NCBI GenBank assembly: GCA_964016885.1
Contig: OZ024743.1
Coordinates: 150,846,001-150,910,000 of the forward strand
DNA length: 64,000 bases
Direction: 5' to 3'
From: Eledone cirrhosa
Lineage: Eukaryota
Part shown: positions 12,380 to 26,380 of the stretch, one piece after another
Layout: the number at the start of each line of letters is the position of its first letter
Position numbering within the stretch: position 1 is the first letter of the stretch
Notes under the pieces: model-generated
What the model saw: the letters and a program-made list of their open reading frames with translations, nothing else
Databases searched by the model: none
What the model was told of the DNA's origin: nothing
Made by a program: the position numbers and the translations under genes

Positions 12380-15273
12380 CTGGCAATGAAAAGACTGCAA
12401 CAACTCTGGGAAACTAAACCAGAACAACCTGCATTCTCTACACACCATCATAAACTGCAAGCAGGGTACAAATTGTTGTCCTTAAATGCTTGCAGTTTAT
12501 GCAACGAGATACATCTGTTTAACTCCTACGTCAGAAGCATCGACCCTGACTTCATCACATTCATGGAAACATGGGCACATTCCTTACTCTGTGATGGGGT
12601 TTTCAGCATTACTGGGTATAACCTTTTCGGTAATTCCTTGCGTTGATTTGAACGAATCACAAGAAGTTTTTTTTGTGACATACGTATGACCATGTCAACA
12701 CTTCTGCTTGATGTTGTTTATCCCCCCCCCCCCCCAAAAAAAAACTACCATCAGGACACACAGCTTTGCGATATCTTCAGAGCTGCTGCAAGGAAAACAG
12801 CCACTTATGTGTTTATTGCAGGTGACTTCAATCATCCTGGCCACAAAGTGCAAACGATTTCCTTGAGCTAGTGCTGGACTCAAACTGGTCACAAGTAGTC
12901 ACCTCTCCAACAAGAGGTGACAACACTTTGGATCTGATCTTCACCACTACTCCTGAAGTGGTTATCAGTTGTACTACTGAGAAACCTCTAGGCGACTCTG
13001 ATCATGCTATGATCATTGCCAATCTGGCTTTTGCGGGCAGCAACAAAAACCAGAACCATCGCCAATCTGCTTGCTTTGATTGGAAGAAAGCAGATTGGAA
13101 CTTGTACTGCACTGAGCTACATCGCCCAAACTGGCATGAGTTCTATAACTCTGAAGCTGTGAACACTATACTCCAGAGCATCCTGGACTCAATATGGATA
13201 GCGTGTGCAGCATCGGTGCCACATAAGCAGAAAAAAAACCACCCCAAAAGTGCAATTTGGGAAACTTCAGTGGTCCGACTTGCCAGGAAAGAACGTTGGA
13301 ACACTGAACGGGAATATAAACTGCATAAATCAGATGCCAACAGAAAAAAGCGGAATAAATCTTCCAACCATCTCAAGCAAGTGATAAAAAAGGCAGTGCT
13401 TGAATTTGAACAGTGCATAGCAACCAATCCTGACAGTAAGATGTTCTGGAAATATGTCCATTCAAAGCAGAGACCTCACTCTCCAGTTGGTCTTCTTCGC
13501 AATCCCCACACAAGCCAGATCACTGACGATCCCAAAGAATGTGCAGAACTCATTGCTGAGTGCTATGCAAGCATTTTTACTGTTGAAAACTAGAATGTAC
13601 CATCTCCACCATCTCTAACATCAAATTCCATAACAACTATGGAATTTACACCTGCAATGTTGCGACGTCACCTTAAGAATAAGCGCAACTATGCCTCCCT
13701 TAGTCTTGATGGTGTTACATACCTGCTTCTCAAATGTGGCGTGTACTTCCTTTTGCACCAGCTTTCTTTATTCTTTCAATACTGTCTCAACAATGGTGCT
13801 ACTCCGGAGCAGTGGAAAACTGCCAATGTCATTCTCTTGTTCAAAAAGGGTGACCGCACGTCACCTGTCAACTATCGTCCAGTCTGTCTTACTAGCTGTA
13901 TTGCCAAACTGATGGAATCCTGTGTCAGAGAAACACATTGAAACTTCTGGAGCTCTCACAGCCTCATCCGGCCCTCGCAATTTGGATTTATCCCTAACTC
14001 CAGCTGCTGTGATCAGCTTATCGAGTTCCTTGAAGACATTACCCAGATCACTGACAGTGGCTCATGGGTGGATGTTGTTTCCCTTGACTTCACTAAGGCT
14101 TTTAATTCTGTGTCACACAAAAGACTTATGGCGAAGTCTCTGCAATGGGTGTGAGGGATGATCTTTTTAACTGGTTGAAATCCTTCATTCTCAGCCGAAA
14201 AGAGGTAGTCACGGTTCTAGAACAGCATTCTTCACCATATGAGATGTCATCTGGTGTACCACAGGGATCTGTTCTTGGTCCCCTTTTGTTTGTGGCATAT
14301 ATTAATGACATAGATGCCAACTTAAAGAATGCCACGGTACTTAAATATGCAGATAACATCAAGCTGTACTCTTTCCTACAATCAGACCTGGACACAATGC
14401 AGCAATGGATAACAGACTGGCAACTGAAGCTGGTTGTGGACAAGTGTACCACCATGCATTTTGGGAGGAAAAATCCAGCATCCACATACTCCCTCCACAA
14501 CACTGATATCAAGAAGTCCTCTTGTGAACGTGACCTGGGCATTACTGTCAGCAGCGATTTGCATTGGACAAAGCATGTCTCTAAGATTGTCAAGAAGGCT
14601 GAGGGTGTCTTGGCATCACTCAGCAAGACCTTTGTTAGCCGCTCTCCAGCCATCTATTTAAAGCTGTATACAGCTATGGTACGACCACACTTGGAATTCG
14701 CATCATCAGTCTGGAACCCCTATCTTGCTCAGAACATTGACCTCCTGGAAACTGTTCAGAGACGTGCAACCAAGCGCATACCCTCCATCAGACACCTACC
14801 ATACTCTGAATGCCTTGCTTCCCTGGGCATGGATTCATTGAAGCTCTGACATCTGGCAATGGACTTGGTAAACACCCACAAAGTTATTAACCATCTCGCC
14901 AACAACAACCCTGAGGACCTTTTTGATCTCCATGTGTCTAACACACATTGACATGCCTACAAAATCAGAAAACAGCACAGCTCCCATGACTTTCGGAAAC
15001 ATTTTTTCACACTTAGAGTTGCTGAAGCATGGAACAAACTGCCTGTGTCATTTGTTAGCTGCCGAGACACTGCATCCTTTAAGACACTCATGCTTCCCGA
15101 AATTCGCCAAAACTACACATGATGTACCCCTTCCATACACATGCACATATGTGTATATCATGATTCATGCACTGTTCATTTTCCTGACGTTTGTACATTA
15201 CCCTATTTACTATACATACACTTTTGATGAGTTGTAGTGCACCTGAGCACTGTACACAATATTTGCATTATTA
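12380..15273 (+). mobile_element. CR1/L2-group LINE, decayed APE-RT ORF2 plus 3' UTR
   Basis: IAGDFNHP, PTRGDNTLDLIFT, LGDSDH (APE); NYRPVCLTS, SGVPQGSVLGPLLF, YADNIK, VRPHLEFASSVWNP (RT); stem-loop and (ATT)n at the 3' end. Confidence 0.9.
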
Positions 15274-17213
15274 TAAGTTACATACTTCTAAAAGCTATTT
15301 TCTCAGATACAGAATCAGGTGGCTGAAACTCTAAAAGGGGGTGTTTACAATGTGTATTCTTTTCAGTTTATAGTTTCTATTCTTCAAAATCCTTCACCAC
15401 TTTAAAAAAGTGATCACGGACATACAATCAATTGAATTCAATTCTACTGAAATGCCATTTTATAAATAGCCAATGATTTCAGATAGAAATTTTATACATA
15501 TTCTGTTGGATTTGGAAAAGACTATTGAGATAATATCATTAATAAAGAATCTTGTCCATGTTCCATAGAAGACTTACAAAATGCTGATTTTAATCAAAAG
15601 AATTTAATCAATATGAAAAAGAGAAGAAGATTGGAAACACTTCTGACACGTAATTCCATTAGAAATAAATAATCCAAGAGAAAATAGATGTGTGATAGTT
15701 TTAACAAAGATAGATTCCAAATCATTTTTTTAATTAAAATGAAAACTGAGAAAATGCAGTTATCTTAGATAAAACTGTAGAGAAAAAATTATTCAATACT
15801 TAAGCACGTAAAAATAAAGCTTTGGTCCAAAATGAAAATTACTTACAATTAAAAGATTTACAAACATACATTTCAGTAAGTGATTTTTTATTTATTTTTA
15901 TTTTTTTAGAAATGAAATATTATAAACAATGTTAAAAAATAATAATGTTTGAGTTAAAATAACAGGATCAATTGAAACATTTATCCATGTAAGGTTTGCA
16001 AGGTTTAAAAACTTTTCTTAAGTTATTTAAGTACAACAGCTGTAATTTTAAAGTGCATAGCTGAATGGTCATGAGTTCAGATATGACTTCATTACTTGTA
16101 TAACTCAGCAAACTAAAACATACCAGCCTCACTAAAATTATGAGATACAGGGAAGCTAAGTGATAAATAAACTATTTCTAACAAATATGTATGTCCAAAA
16201 CAGCAAAAATATCTAAGCAATCATAGCAAAGTAAACAAATGTAAAATTATTAAAAGAAAAAGCTCTACTGCCATTAAAATTTTTATTCCAAAGTTTCAGG
16301 TATACTTTAACTAAAACAATCCAAACCGGATGTGAAACTTTTAAGGGTAAAGAAATAAAACCAAAATAATTATAATTCATAACAGTATAATTTGTAATAA
16401 ATTACAACGGTATTATAATATATTAGTTACTTTTCAATATTAACGTTTTTGTCTTTTTACTGTATGTTAAAAATGGTTGTTCCAATTTCATTTCTATTCA
16501 CAAAATGAATTCTCTTTTCAAATGAATCATTAAAAATAAGTTTTATAGGATCTATTCAATACTGCTACGTTTTGATCAGGCTATATTTTATAATCTTTAT
16601 TGATTAATCTATATTAAATTGATCAGTTTGATAAAATATGCAATATTTATAAATTTACTTCAATATGAATTATTCATCAACATAAAAGTTATAGATCTCT
16701 CCTACTTCTCTCAACATGCTAGGCAGTTGTAGCAGTACTTGCAATTGTAAAGAATATGATAGTAGAGAATTCTAGTGTTGCAGTAAAAAATGACAACAGT
16801 ATTGTCACATTATTATAAGATTGTGTGAGATATATATTTATAAAAGAATAAAAGGAAATATATAGACTGATATTTTCCACATAATAATGAGATTAAAAAG
16901 ATTAACAAGATTCAGTATTATGCATTGAAGAGAGTACATATCAAATAAAGTATCAATTAAAGAGTACATGTCATACATTTGAAAACTTCCTAATGGTGTC
17001 TTCTGCATAAGGAAACATAGTTAAGTGCATGTTACTATACTTAATTCTTAATCAACTGAAATTATAACCCTAATGAAAAAAAGGTCATTTGCTTGAATGA
17101 AAATTACTCTCATAAAGAACAAGGGGAAGAACTCTTGAAGTTTCATTTCAAGGAAAATTAAATTGAAATGTACTGAGTTGGACTGAGCTTAATCTTTGGT
17201 AACTATATTGACA

Positions 17214-17425
17214 ACTCTGGACATATTTTGCTCTAATTAGACCTCATCAACAAAGCATTGTCAACCTTCAGCCATGCAGTTTATACATTATACAAATAAT
17301 ACAGTCAACAGTAGTTTGGTTTTATAAAATGTCATCAACAAGTCTAAAATCTATATTATGATTACTTATAATCATTGTTCTATGTTTAAGAATTTATCTC
17401 TAATGAAAAAGGGAGATGTATGCTG
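17214..17425 (-). repeat. Old dispersed repeat, copy 1 (probable PLE pLTR relic)
   Basis: Aligns by eye with 21296-21740; hammerhead-like relic at 17215-17255. Confidence 0.6.
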
Positions 17426-17711
17426 TATGTATATGTGAGATAAAAAGATGATGAGATTAAAACAGGACAAATTTAGAAATAATGTTTCAAAAAACTAAAA
17501 TAAGAATTTTAATGTTACAAAGGAAAAAAAAAAAGAAAGAGCTAATCAATAGAATAAGGTGAACAATTTTATTAAAACTTAGAGAACGAAAATATTTCTG
17601 TATATAAAACAAGAATTGATTTCAGAAAATCTGAATTCAGTTTATGGCATTATATAGAGAGAAAGATTTTGCAGATATCCATTAAAGTTATGTTGTTATT
17701 ATTGTTGATTA

Positions 17712-17880
17712 GTAGTATCAGTAGAACATCGGACAACATGCTTTGCAGCATATAGTTACATCCATTTACATTCTGAGTTCAAATACCACCGAGGTTAGCT
17801 TTGCCTTTCATCCTTTCAGGGTCAATAAAATAAATTACCAGTAACACACTGGCGTCAATTTATTCGCATTTCTCCTCCCT
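17712..17880 (+). mobile_element. tRNA-derived SINE, same family as 11235, diverged and 3'-interrupted
   Basis: ctgagttcaaataccaccgaggttagctttgcctttcatcctttcaggg. Confidence 0.7.
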
Positions 17881-20810
17881 CAAAAGGCCATAGAAGCAGT
17901 GGAGAAGAGAACGGTGCCCTTTAGATGTATTTCAGTGCAGACTAAAAAAGCAACCATCACTCCCCAAGCAGAAGTCAAAGCTGTGCTGACGTGCAACAGA
18001 GATGACACCAAGTTCATAGCAAGGGGCAGACTATATGGCACCAACTTGCTGCTATTTAAGTCAGAAGCCCTCACTGTGAAACACTCAGTGACCCCTTGCA
18101 TAACCAGCATGGTTATTATGTACCCCTCCCACGTGAGAAAAAGAACTGTAAGAGTCCACATTCCCAGGACTAGATTTGTGGTGGCACCTGGAATGCATGA
18201 TTGTGGAGAGGACAGAAGCCATCCCGATTGAGGTGACCAGATCAGTCAGGGAGGACTGGTGCAGGGTTGGACCTGAGACAAATCCCGAAGCACACCCATC
18301 GCCAAATTGGGATGGCTCTACAAGTAATGACTGAGGGCAAAATGCTCACTGTTTCATCTGCAGTGAAACAATGCATTTATGAGTCTTCTTCTGCCCTCAG
18401 CTCAAAAATGCAAAGCGTCATAAGCCTCCACTTCTGCCAATATTGGGGCAAGGACCACTGCCAACACTGGGGCAAGGACCACCACCCAACACCAGCATCT
18501 GCAGCACCACCAGTAGCAACACCACCAACTGTGGCCACCCAGGGGGAAAATGAGGAAAGGTGTCCCATTCCTGCTCCCCCACCTGCTCTTCCACAAAATA
18601 AACACATTCACACAAACAAAGTCACCTCATCTCCCAGAAGCAAATATGAGGCAAAAATCTAAACCAACAAAAGAAAAAGAAGGCACACAAATAAAAATCC
18701 ACACATCACAAAAACACCCACATCAGAAAATGCAGACACCACCCACACAACAAACACAGTCACTTCCATAACAACACCAACACCAACACCAACACCACCA
18801 AATCACAAAAGAAACAAGTACAAAAGAACAGACAAACAACTGAAACCAACAAACACCACACCCAAAACAAACACAGACACATCCAAAACAACTTCAACTA
18901 TGCAATCACCACTACAACCATCCAAACGCAAGCAAGTTTAACCGCAACACCAACAAAGCACACAAAACTTCCCAGTTGTATGAAATGCCAAGGAATTAAT
19001 GGCCCTCGTAGCACAAAGACATAAAATCGAGAAAGGGGGAAATATTTAGAACAAGTACATATTGCATGCCAGATTTGTTTCTGGTACAAATGCCGCTCAA
19101 CACCTACAAAGAGATTAGGAAGAGATTTCCTTATGACGTCGGAACCCCGAATATAAGACCAACAAACAGACTGCTTAAAGGGTCCCCAAAAGAAACTTCA
19201 TGAAATATTGAAGTCAAACCACCCAACCTCCACGAACCCCCAGAAGGTAAGTAAACCTTTCTTCTCTCTTTTAACCTGCCAACATGGCTATGCTAAGAGT
19301 AGAATGTTTAAATGTTCATGGCCTCGTGTTGTCCTGGAAGCAGAGTCACCTGCTGAATGACCTCAGCTCACTAGATATGGATGTGCTTGCTGTCAGCGAG
19401 ACCACGATTCCCAACATGCAGGAAATAGCCTCCATTTTCAATGACTATCAGATCTTCGTACCTCTTAGTCAGCCAGGAACGGGAGATGGGGTGACAGTGC
19501 TGTTTAGGAAAGGACTGGATCTTGAGGTAAGGTCAATCTTCAGGACTCAAATGGTAAGTTGGTTGGTGGTCCTGGATGTGAGCAATATTGAAGGTGGTAC
19601 CTTTATACTGGTGGCCATCTACAATCTGACGGGGCTGGATGGTTGGATTTCTTTAGGCACCTGGAATCCTCTCTGAGAACGTCTCACCCATTACTTAGAC
19701 ACATGTTGGGATAGTGTGGGAGTAGCTGATAGGAGTGGGGGCTGCAAAAGCCTCAAGTACCTGATCAGCCAGTTCCAACTGTCTGACAGGTACTGACTAG
19801 ATTTCCCTAATGCACCCTTGTGGACCTGGACCAACTGCATAGGGTCATCAAGATTGTATATTGATAGGTTTTTCATTAGGTCAATAGATATGGATTGTAT
19901 AGGTTGTCTACACTTTCAAATAGTCACCTTTTCAGATCAAAAGTTGGTGATCTGTATGGTTGAACTAGATAAGACACGTAGGTTAGGTCCTGGTTACTGG
20001 AAACTTAACATGTCATTTCCAGCACTTAAGGCTTATAGGAACCGGGTCAACAATTTAGTTAAGCAAAAGTTGACAGGGGGCGGGGGGCTCAACAATAGGT
20101 GGGGGGAGGGTCTCAAAAGAGACATTAAAGTATTCTCGATAGGTTTTAGCAAAGAAGTAACATTAGAGAAAAATAGAGGGGGGGGGGCTAGTAGCTAATT
20201 TAGATGAGGCTAGTTGTCATGGCATTGCAACTGATATTCTAGCAGCAAGAATGGCATTAGATTATTTCTTCAATGCAAAACACAATGATTGCATTGTCTG
20301 AGCTAAGGCACATGCTCTAAGAAATGAGGGAACCAAAGTTGTTTGATGAGCCTGTGTAGCAGAGGCACAGTGTGGACCGAAACAATTGCGAGCTGAACGA
20401 TTTCAGGCAGATGTGTAAGACCTTCCACCCGCACTTTGTTCAGCTGTACAGGTGAAGTGTGGAGGGGGGGGAGATGATGGCAGATTTCAGTCCCTACCTC
20501 AGTGGGCGGTCAGACCAGTGGATAAGAATTAGGATGAGGTTATGAATAGGCTAGCCCCTCTCACCCAGAAATGGGCCAAGAGGAAGCTATTCTTAAAAGG
20601 CCGGGTAGAGGTGGTGAATGCGTACACCACCTCTGTCATCTACTACTGCCTGACCATCGTGCCATGTCCTCATTGACACCTCGCCAAATTGGAACAGCTC
20701 CTCTGCAACTTCTTGTGGAGGGGACTGGTTCCATTTGTGAGGTGGTCCATCTGCTGCTAAGCACCCTCTAAGAGAGAGGGCTGAGCATTTGAGAGAGAGC
20801 CATGGCTAAG
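17881..20810 (+). mobile_element. Tx1-clade LINE relic (ORF1 remnant, APE, linker; most of RT deleted)
   Basis: LRVECLNVHGL..DVLAVSET, WTWTN..SRLYIDRFF..SDQKLV, GPGYWKLNMS; jumps at ~20510 to an RT C-terminal segment similar to 24030-24310. Confidence 0.75.
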
Positions 20811-20993
20811 AGTATTTGATGGAGTAAGTAGCTTGGAGATCAAAGAGTTGCTCCAGGTAGCCAATACTTCTCTGAATTGAGAGATCACAGCTCCAATACT
20901 ATGGGCATGTGGTCAGAATGTCTCAGGAAAGAACCACTGGACAGATTTTGGTATTATTATTATCAACATAATCGTTTGTAACATCAAAATAAT

Positions 20994-21203
20994 GGTTTCT
21001 TATATAGGCACAAGGCCAGCAATTTTGGGGGAGGGGGAAAGTCGATTAAATCGACCCCAGTGTGTGATTGGTACTTTATTAGATTGACCCCCATAGGGAT
21101 GAAAGGCAACGTTAACATCGGCGAGATTTGAACTCAGATCATAAAGAGTCGTAACTCTATGCATGGCGTCCAACCCTCTACCGATACTGCCAATTCACCG
21201 CCC
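20994..21203 (-). mobile_element. tRNA-derived SINE (family of 11235) with 18-bp TSD
   Basis: Reverse complement of 11235-11443; TSD ttgtaacatcaaaataat at 20976-20993 and 21204-21221. Confidence 0.88.
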
Positions 21204-21295
21204 TTGTAACATCAAAATAATATATATAATTATGTGTGTGTGGGCATGTGTTTGTACACACATACGCACACACACACAGCATGCACATATTTATG

Positions 21296-21740
21296 ACTCT
21301 GAACATGTTCTGCTCTTATTGGACCTCATCAGCAAAGCATTGTCAAACCATAGTCACTTACTGCATATATTGTACAAGAATTTAAAGAAAAATGCATGTC
21401 AAACAGTGTGATTAATCCGTATGGTGAGCAAATGGGGTCCCATGTGCTGGCCTCCCCACAGCCCCGGCGGACAGGATGGAGAAGGCATTTCCCCGGAGGA
21501 TGGTAAGGGAGATGCGCTGGAAGAGCCATTCCAACTCGCGAGGATCACACCTGTGGCTGGCCAGCTCAGCACCTATGGTGGTGAATAGGGAGGTAGCCCT
21601 GGGGCCAAGGACACCAGAAGTCTCTTAATAGTAGTTTTGTTTTTATAGAATGCAATCAACAAGTCGAAAAATTATCATTACATACAATTAATGTTCTGTT
21701 TTTAAGAAATTATTTCTAATGAAAAAGCAAAATGTAAGCC
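21296..21740 (-). repeat. Old dispersed repeat, copy 2, split by a ~220-bp GC-rich insert (~21408-21625)
   Basis: Similar to 17214-17425 on both sides of the insert. Confidence 0.6.
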
Positions 21741-21821
21741 AAACTATTTGTATTCTGTCAGTAATTGCTATGCCCAAAACACTTAAATCACAACAAACCA
21801 GTAATCTTCTTAGATACACGT

Positions 21822-22108
21822 TTGGCTTGAAGTCATGACGTTGTGAGTTCAATTCTCAAACTAGGTGATGCGTTGGGTTCTTGAGCAAGACACTTTATTT
21901 CAAGTTCCTCCAGTTTACTCAGCTGTAGAAATGAGTTTCAACGTCACTGGTGCCAAGCTGTATCTACTATTGCCTTTCCCTTGGACAACATCGGTGACAT
22001 TGAGAGGGGAGACTGGTATGCCTGGGAGACTGCTGATCATCCACAAACAACCTTGTCTGGACTTGTGCCTCGCAGGGAAGATCTCTAGGTGCAAATCCCA
22101 TGGTTATT
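21822..22108 (+). mobile_element. Second tRNA-derived SINE family (CORE/Meta-like central domain)
   Basis: gagttcaattc B-box; cttgagcaagacactttatttca...actcagctgtagaaatgag shared with 27089-27230. Confidence 0.65.
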
Positions 22109-22114
22109 TATTTT

Positions 22115-22223
22115 GAGAACAATACCTTAACATAAGTATTAGTGGCCAGTTGCAGCTTGTTTGAACAGAAAGGGGTGAAAGAATTCTGGCCAGATATGGC
22201 TGGTTTAAATGCTAAAGGGTTAA
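22115..22223 (-). mobile_element. piggyBac-like MITE terminus
   Basis: Minus strand starts TTAA-CCCTTTAGCATTTAAACCAGCC; related sequence at 59853-60070 ends ...aaggg-TTAA. Confidence 0.45.
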
Positions 22224-22866
22224 GACATTTAGTAAATGAATAAAAATTTATAATTGTATATGACAAATTTGATTCTGTATATTCACGGAATAGAGGTAAC
22301 CAAGTCTGTGTAAAAGAGTATATAAATCTACATATTGAGTGTGTAGACAGACAAATATGCCAAATATATGCATTACCCTGTAAATAGAAAAACATGATAG
22401 AGACATTTAACAGGTGTTTCAAGCCTAGTTGAGCTTTCATCGGAAGGCATTATATTATCTAAACAATCACAAAAAAATAATAAGCACTCATGTTGGTAAT
22501 TAATTAAGATGTATATTAAGGTGTGTGCTAAGCAGCTAAAGTATATGATATATATTATTTACATATTTATGTAGATTGTATATATATCTTTATAATAAAA
22601 CACAAGTGCTAAATTTGTTTGGAAACTGATAAATTGATATCTTCCTCCATGCCCTCTCTTTCTCTCTCTCAAGATGATCAGTATTTAGTCAAACAACAGC
22701 TATCTATAGCTACCTACCTATGTATCTCTCTATCTTTGGACAATAAAAAGAAAAGCATCAATCAACCTATCTATCTATGTACCCAACTGCCTATCTACCT
22801 ATCTATCTATCTATGTTTGTCTACTTATCTGTCTATCTATCCATCTATCTATCTATCTATTTTTCT

Positions 22867-25428
22867 CAGGATTCACGACAAGCAGTAGCTAACCCCCAAG
22901 TTCGATGATTTTGAGATCTACACATCTCTTTGTCAGCTAGGAGGTTGAGGAGGAGTTGCTGTTCTGTTTCAAAAAAACTTGGATCTCAAAGTACAGACGA
23001 TTCACTTGGACTCGGAGGGCAGCTGTGGGGTCCTGGACGTGAATGGTAGTGAAGGTGGAGCTTTCAGACTGGTGGCCTTATATGCCCTGACTGGGACATC
23101 GTGACCAGAGTTCTTCAAGCGTCTGGAGCCATTCCTGGGAATGTCTCATTCCTTAGTGTTAGCGGGGGACTGAAATGGCATCTTAGACACACGTCTACTG
23201 CAAGAGGCAGCAGAACGGAAGGATTCCCAGTTCTGTAGGCAGAGGCGTAGTAACGCTGATCAGGAAGGATGAGAACAAGATGGATGAGATAAGCAATTTC
23301 AGGCCCATAACTCTGCTCAACACAGAGTTAAAGATTTTGGCCAAGGTGTTATCAACGAGGCTAGCGTTTGTCGTCGAGAACCTAGTAGGGGAAGCGCAAA
23401 CATGTGCAATCCTGACCAGGTCCATACACAACAACCTCCACTTCATACGATACATCATAGAGAGGGTAGGGTGTAAACCTGGCTTTGGTGGGGCTCTGAT
23501 CAATTTAGATCAGTCTAAGACATTTGATAGGGTCAACCATCAATACTTGGAAGCAGTCCTCACGGCGGCAGGCTTCGGTCCCGTCTTCAGAGGCTGGATC
23601 GCTGCCATGCACACCAGCATCTGTTCGACAGTCAAGGTGAATGGCTACCTATCGGAGCCATTCCAAATCATGTGTTCCATCTGTCAGGGATGCCCTCTCT
23701 CCTCCATTTTGTATGTACTGACTCTCGAGCCATTACTGTGGAAGTTGGAGCTGTTGCAGGGCATCTCGACTGAACCAGGACTGCGGAAAGCAACGTCAGC
23801 CTATGCCAACAACATAATCTTAATGGTGTCGAAAACCTCGGACATTAGGGTAATCGGCAACCTATTACAGGAATACAAAACGTTGACAGGAGCAAGACTA
23901 AACCCAAACAAGTCTGTCGGTTTGCAACTTGGCACATGGAGAGGCAAACCCATGCCTTCCGACAGTGTCATTGGATACTGTACGGAAGGACCGGTGAAAT
24001 TGCTCGAGGTCTGGTTTGGTCCAGACCTCCCGGTGGACAAAAACTGGAACGAGGTCACGGCGAAGGTGTTTGGACTCACCCAAAAGTGGGCTGAGTGCAA
24101 ACTCTCCTTGAAAGGTCGAGTGGAGGTGGTGAACAATTACATAGCGTCCGTCATCTAATACCACTTGAGAGTCATGCCTTGTCCTCACGAACACCTCACC
24201 AAAATGGAACGCCTACTCTTCAAGTTCCTCTGGAAGAAACAGGCTCCATTGGTGAGGAGATCCATCTGCTGTCAACACACTTCTAACGGAGGGCTGGGCA
24301 TGCCTTGATGATGCACAAACACGCACTGAGGCTATGCCATCTCCAGGTATTCCTGACCAGCAAACCGGTGTGGCTGTCGTTTGTGAGACGAGCTCTTCTA
24401 CAACTCGTCTCACTAACAGAGCTGCAGCACTGGGTTAAGCGAAGACCGAAAATGGGTGCCTGCAACCTCGAGTGCCTTCAGGCTCTCACAGCCCTCTACC
24501 AAGCAGAAACGGCAATCAGCGGAGACTCCACTTCGACATTCTATAGGGGATTAGTGGAGGATAAGTGCGACAACGTTCTTGGGGAAACTCTAGGCATCGA
24601 GGAAGACGAACTGACCAGTCTGTTCGGGAGGACTTTCTGTCCAGGGCCTATGGATAACTTCCAGAGGGCTCTGGCCTGGCAGTGCTACCAAGGAACTTTA
24701 CCAGTTCAAGACAAAATCTACAGGCATGGCCGCTGTGGCAGAGATCCTGCCAAAAGAACCTGTCCAAGATGCGAGCAGGATATCGAAACCGTTCTGCACG
24801 CAATTGTTCAATGCCCAGGGGTGACCGACCTGTGGAATTATGTCAAACAGCTACTGTCACGTGTGGGACGCATCCAGTTATCAGCCGAATCCATCATGAG
24901 GATCACCCCGCCGCCTTCATTTAAGAATGAAGGCCAGGTGGTTTTCCTCTGTCTGGTGGCTATGGTGAAAGAGGTAATATGGTGGATGGGGTTAAAAGGA
25001 CTGAGGGCAAACACCTTTCTCTCCGGACAATAACTCATCCCCTTCTTTAAGTACCACTTCAGAAGGAAGGTGGGAGTGAAGAGAGAGGTGCTATACCCCA
25101 GTAAATTTGCTGAAAGGTGGGTGAATGTGGCGAAAATGGCCTGAGTGAATGGGCCTTCTCTGTATATAAACCTGTAGGTTGAGGAAGATAAACAGAGGAA
25201 AGACAGGAACATCTACAAAACGTGTTCCTGGTGTTGAGGGTTGTTCTATCCACGGGGTGTAAAACAACCCTGCAGTAACGTTCCTCCCTATTGGGGATTT
25301 CAATTGTTATTTTATTATATATTGTTTATTGTTATTTATTAATGTTAAAGTTATTTTTATGTAAAACCCCCGCCATCACGTCTTGTAATGTCCCATTTTT
25401 GTATGCCCCTGTGGCAAATAAAGCAAGA
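22867..25428 (+). mobile_element. Tx1-clade LINE, 5'-truncated and internally deleted, inserted in a (TCTA)n tract, 13-bp TSD
   Basis: NFRPITLLNTELKILAK, LDQSKTFDRVNH, CQGCPLS, AYANNI, C-terminal CPRC..ETVLHAIVQCP; AATAAA at ~25417; TSD tatctatttttct at 22854-22866 and 25429-25441. Confidence 0.88.
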
Positions 25429-25789
25429 TATCTATTTTTCTACCTATCTATCTCTCTCTCTCTATGTATCTATCTAATAGAGGTGTATATGAATACATAT
25501 ATGATATGTTTATGATTAATTAAGTTTTGTTATGGATATTTTAAGCTCTGATCATGTCAAAACTATCTCAGTAGCCATGTTTCTGTACTTTTATCCAGTA
25601 TCGGTGACATACTAGATACTGAGACAAGAATAAGCTATTGCATATATGTGTTTTGCATATGAAACAGCAAATGAAGATGCTCATTTGCATATTGTGTGAA
25701 CTTGACTGGATAGGGTTAATTAGTGTGGTTCATAATAGAAGCTTATATAAAGACATACAGGATAATTGTAGTCAAGAGTAAGGGGAATT

Positions 25790-26380
25790 ATGAAATAAAC
25801 TCTCTCAAATATTCAGAAGGCTCACTGGAAGTGGTAGACAGCATTTGATATCTGGAAGGTGGATGTTCTAAAATTATTAGATCCAAAGTGAGAATTGGGT
25901 TATAGAAGCAAGGGAGTTGTTAACTCTGCTGCCAACAAAGGGCTTCTATCTGAGACTGAAGAACAGATTATATGCTGCTTGCATCCAAACACCAATACTG
26001 CAGGACAGTGAGTTGTGGCCCTTGAGTACAGAAGATTTACAGCACCTGGAAAGAAATGAGGGATGAACCAGTGTGCATGAACAACAAAACACAAATGAAA
26101 TGAGAGAAAAACTGAGTATAAAAGGAATTGAATGTAGCACATAAGAGAGGTTATTGTACTGGTATAAGCATGTATTGTATTAAAAAAAGTGAAATGGATA
26201 GAACCTGTGGAAGTGAGAGACCAAGGAACACATGGGAAGAAGTTGTAAAGAAAGACCTCAAGTAACTGAATCTCATGAAGGTGACACAGGGCCAAGATTA
26301 TTAGCAGCATGCCATAATACAAACATTCCATCTGCCAGTACAAGCACAGCAAGATTAAAAGTAAATGTGTTGGGGAGATC
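25790..26380 (+). mobile_element. RTE-clade LINE 3' fragment, decayed
   Basis: DNA similarity to 29150-29700 (agattatatgctgcttgcat...ggacagtgagttgtgggcc-like segment). Confidence 0.65.
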
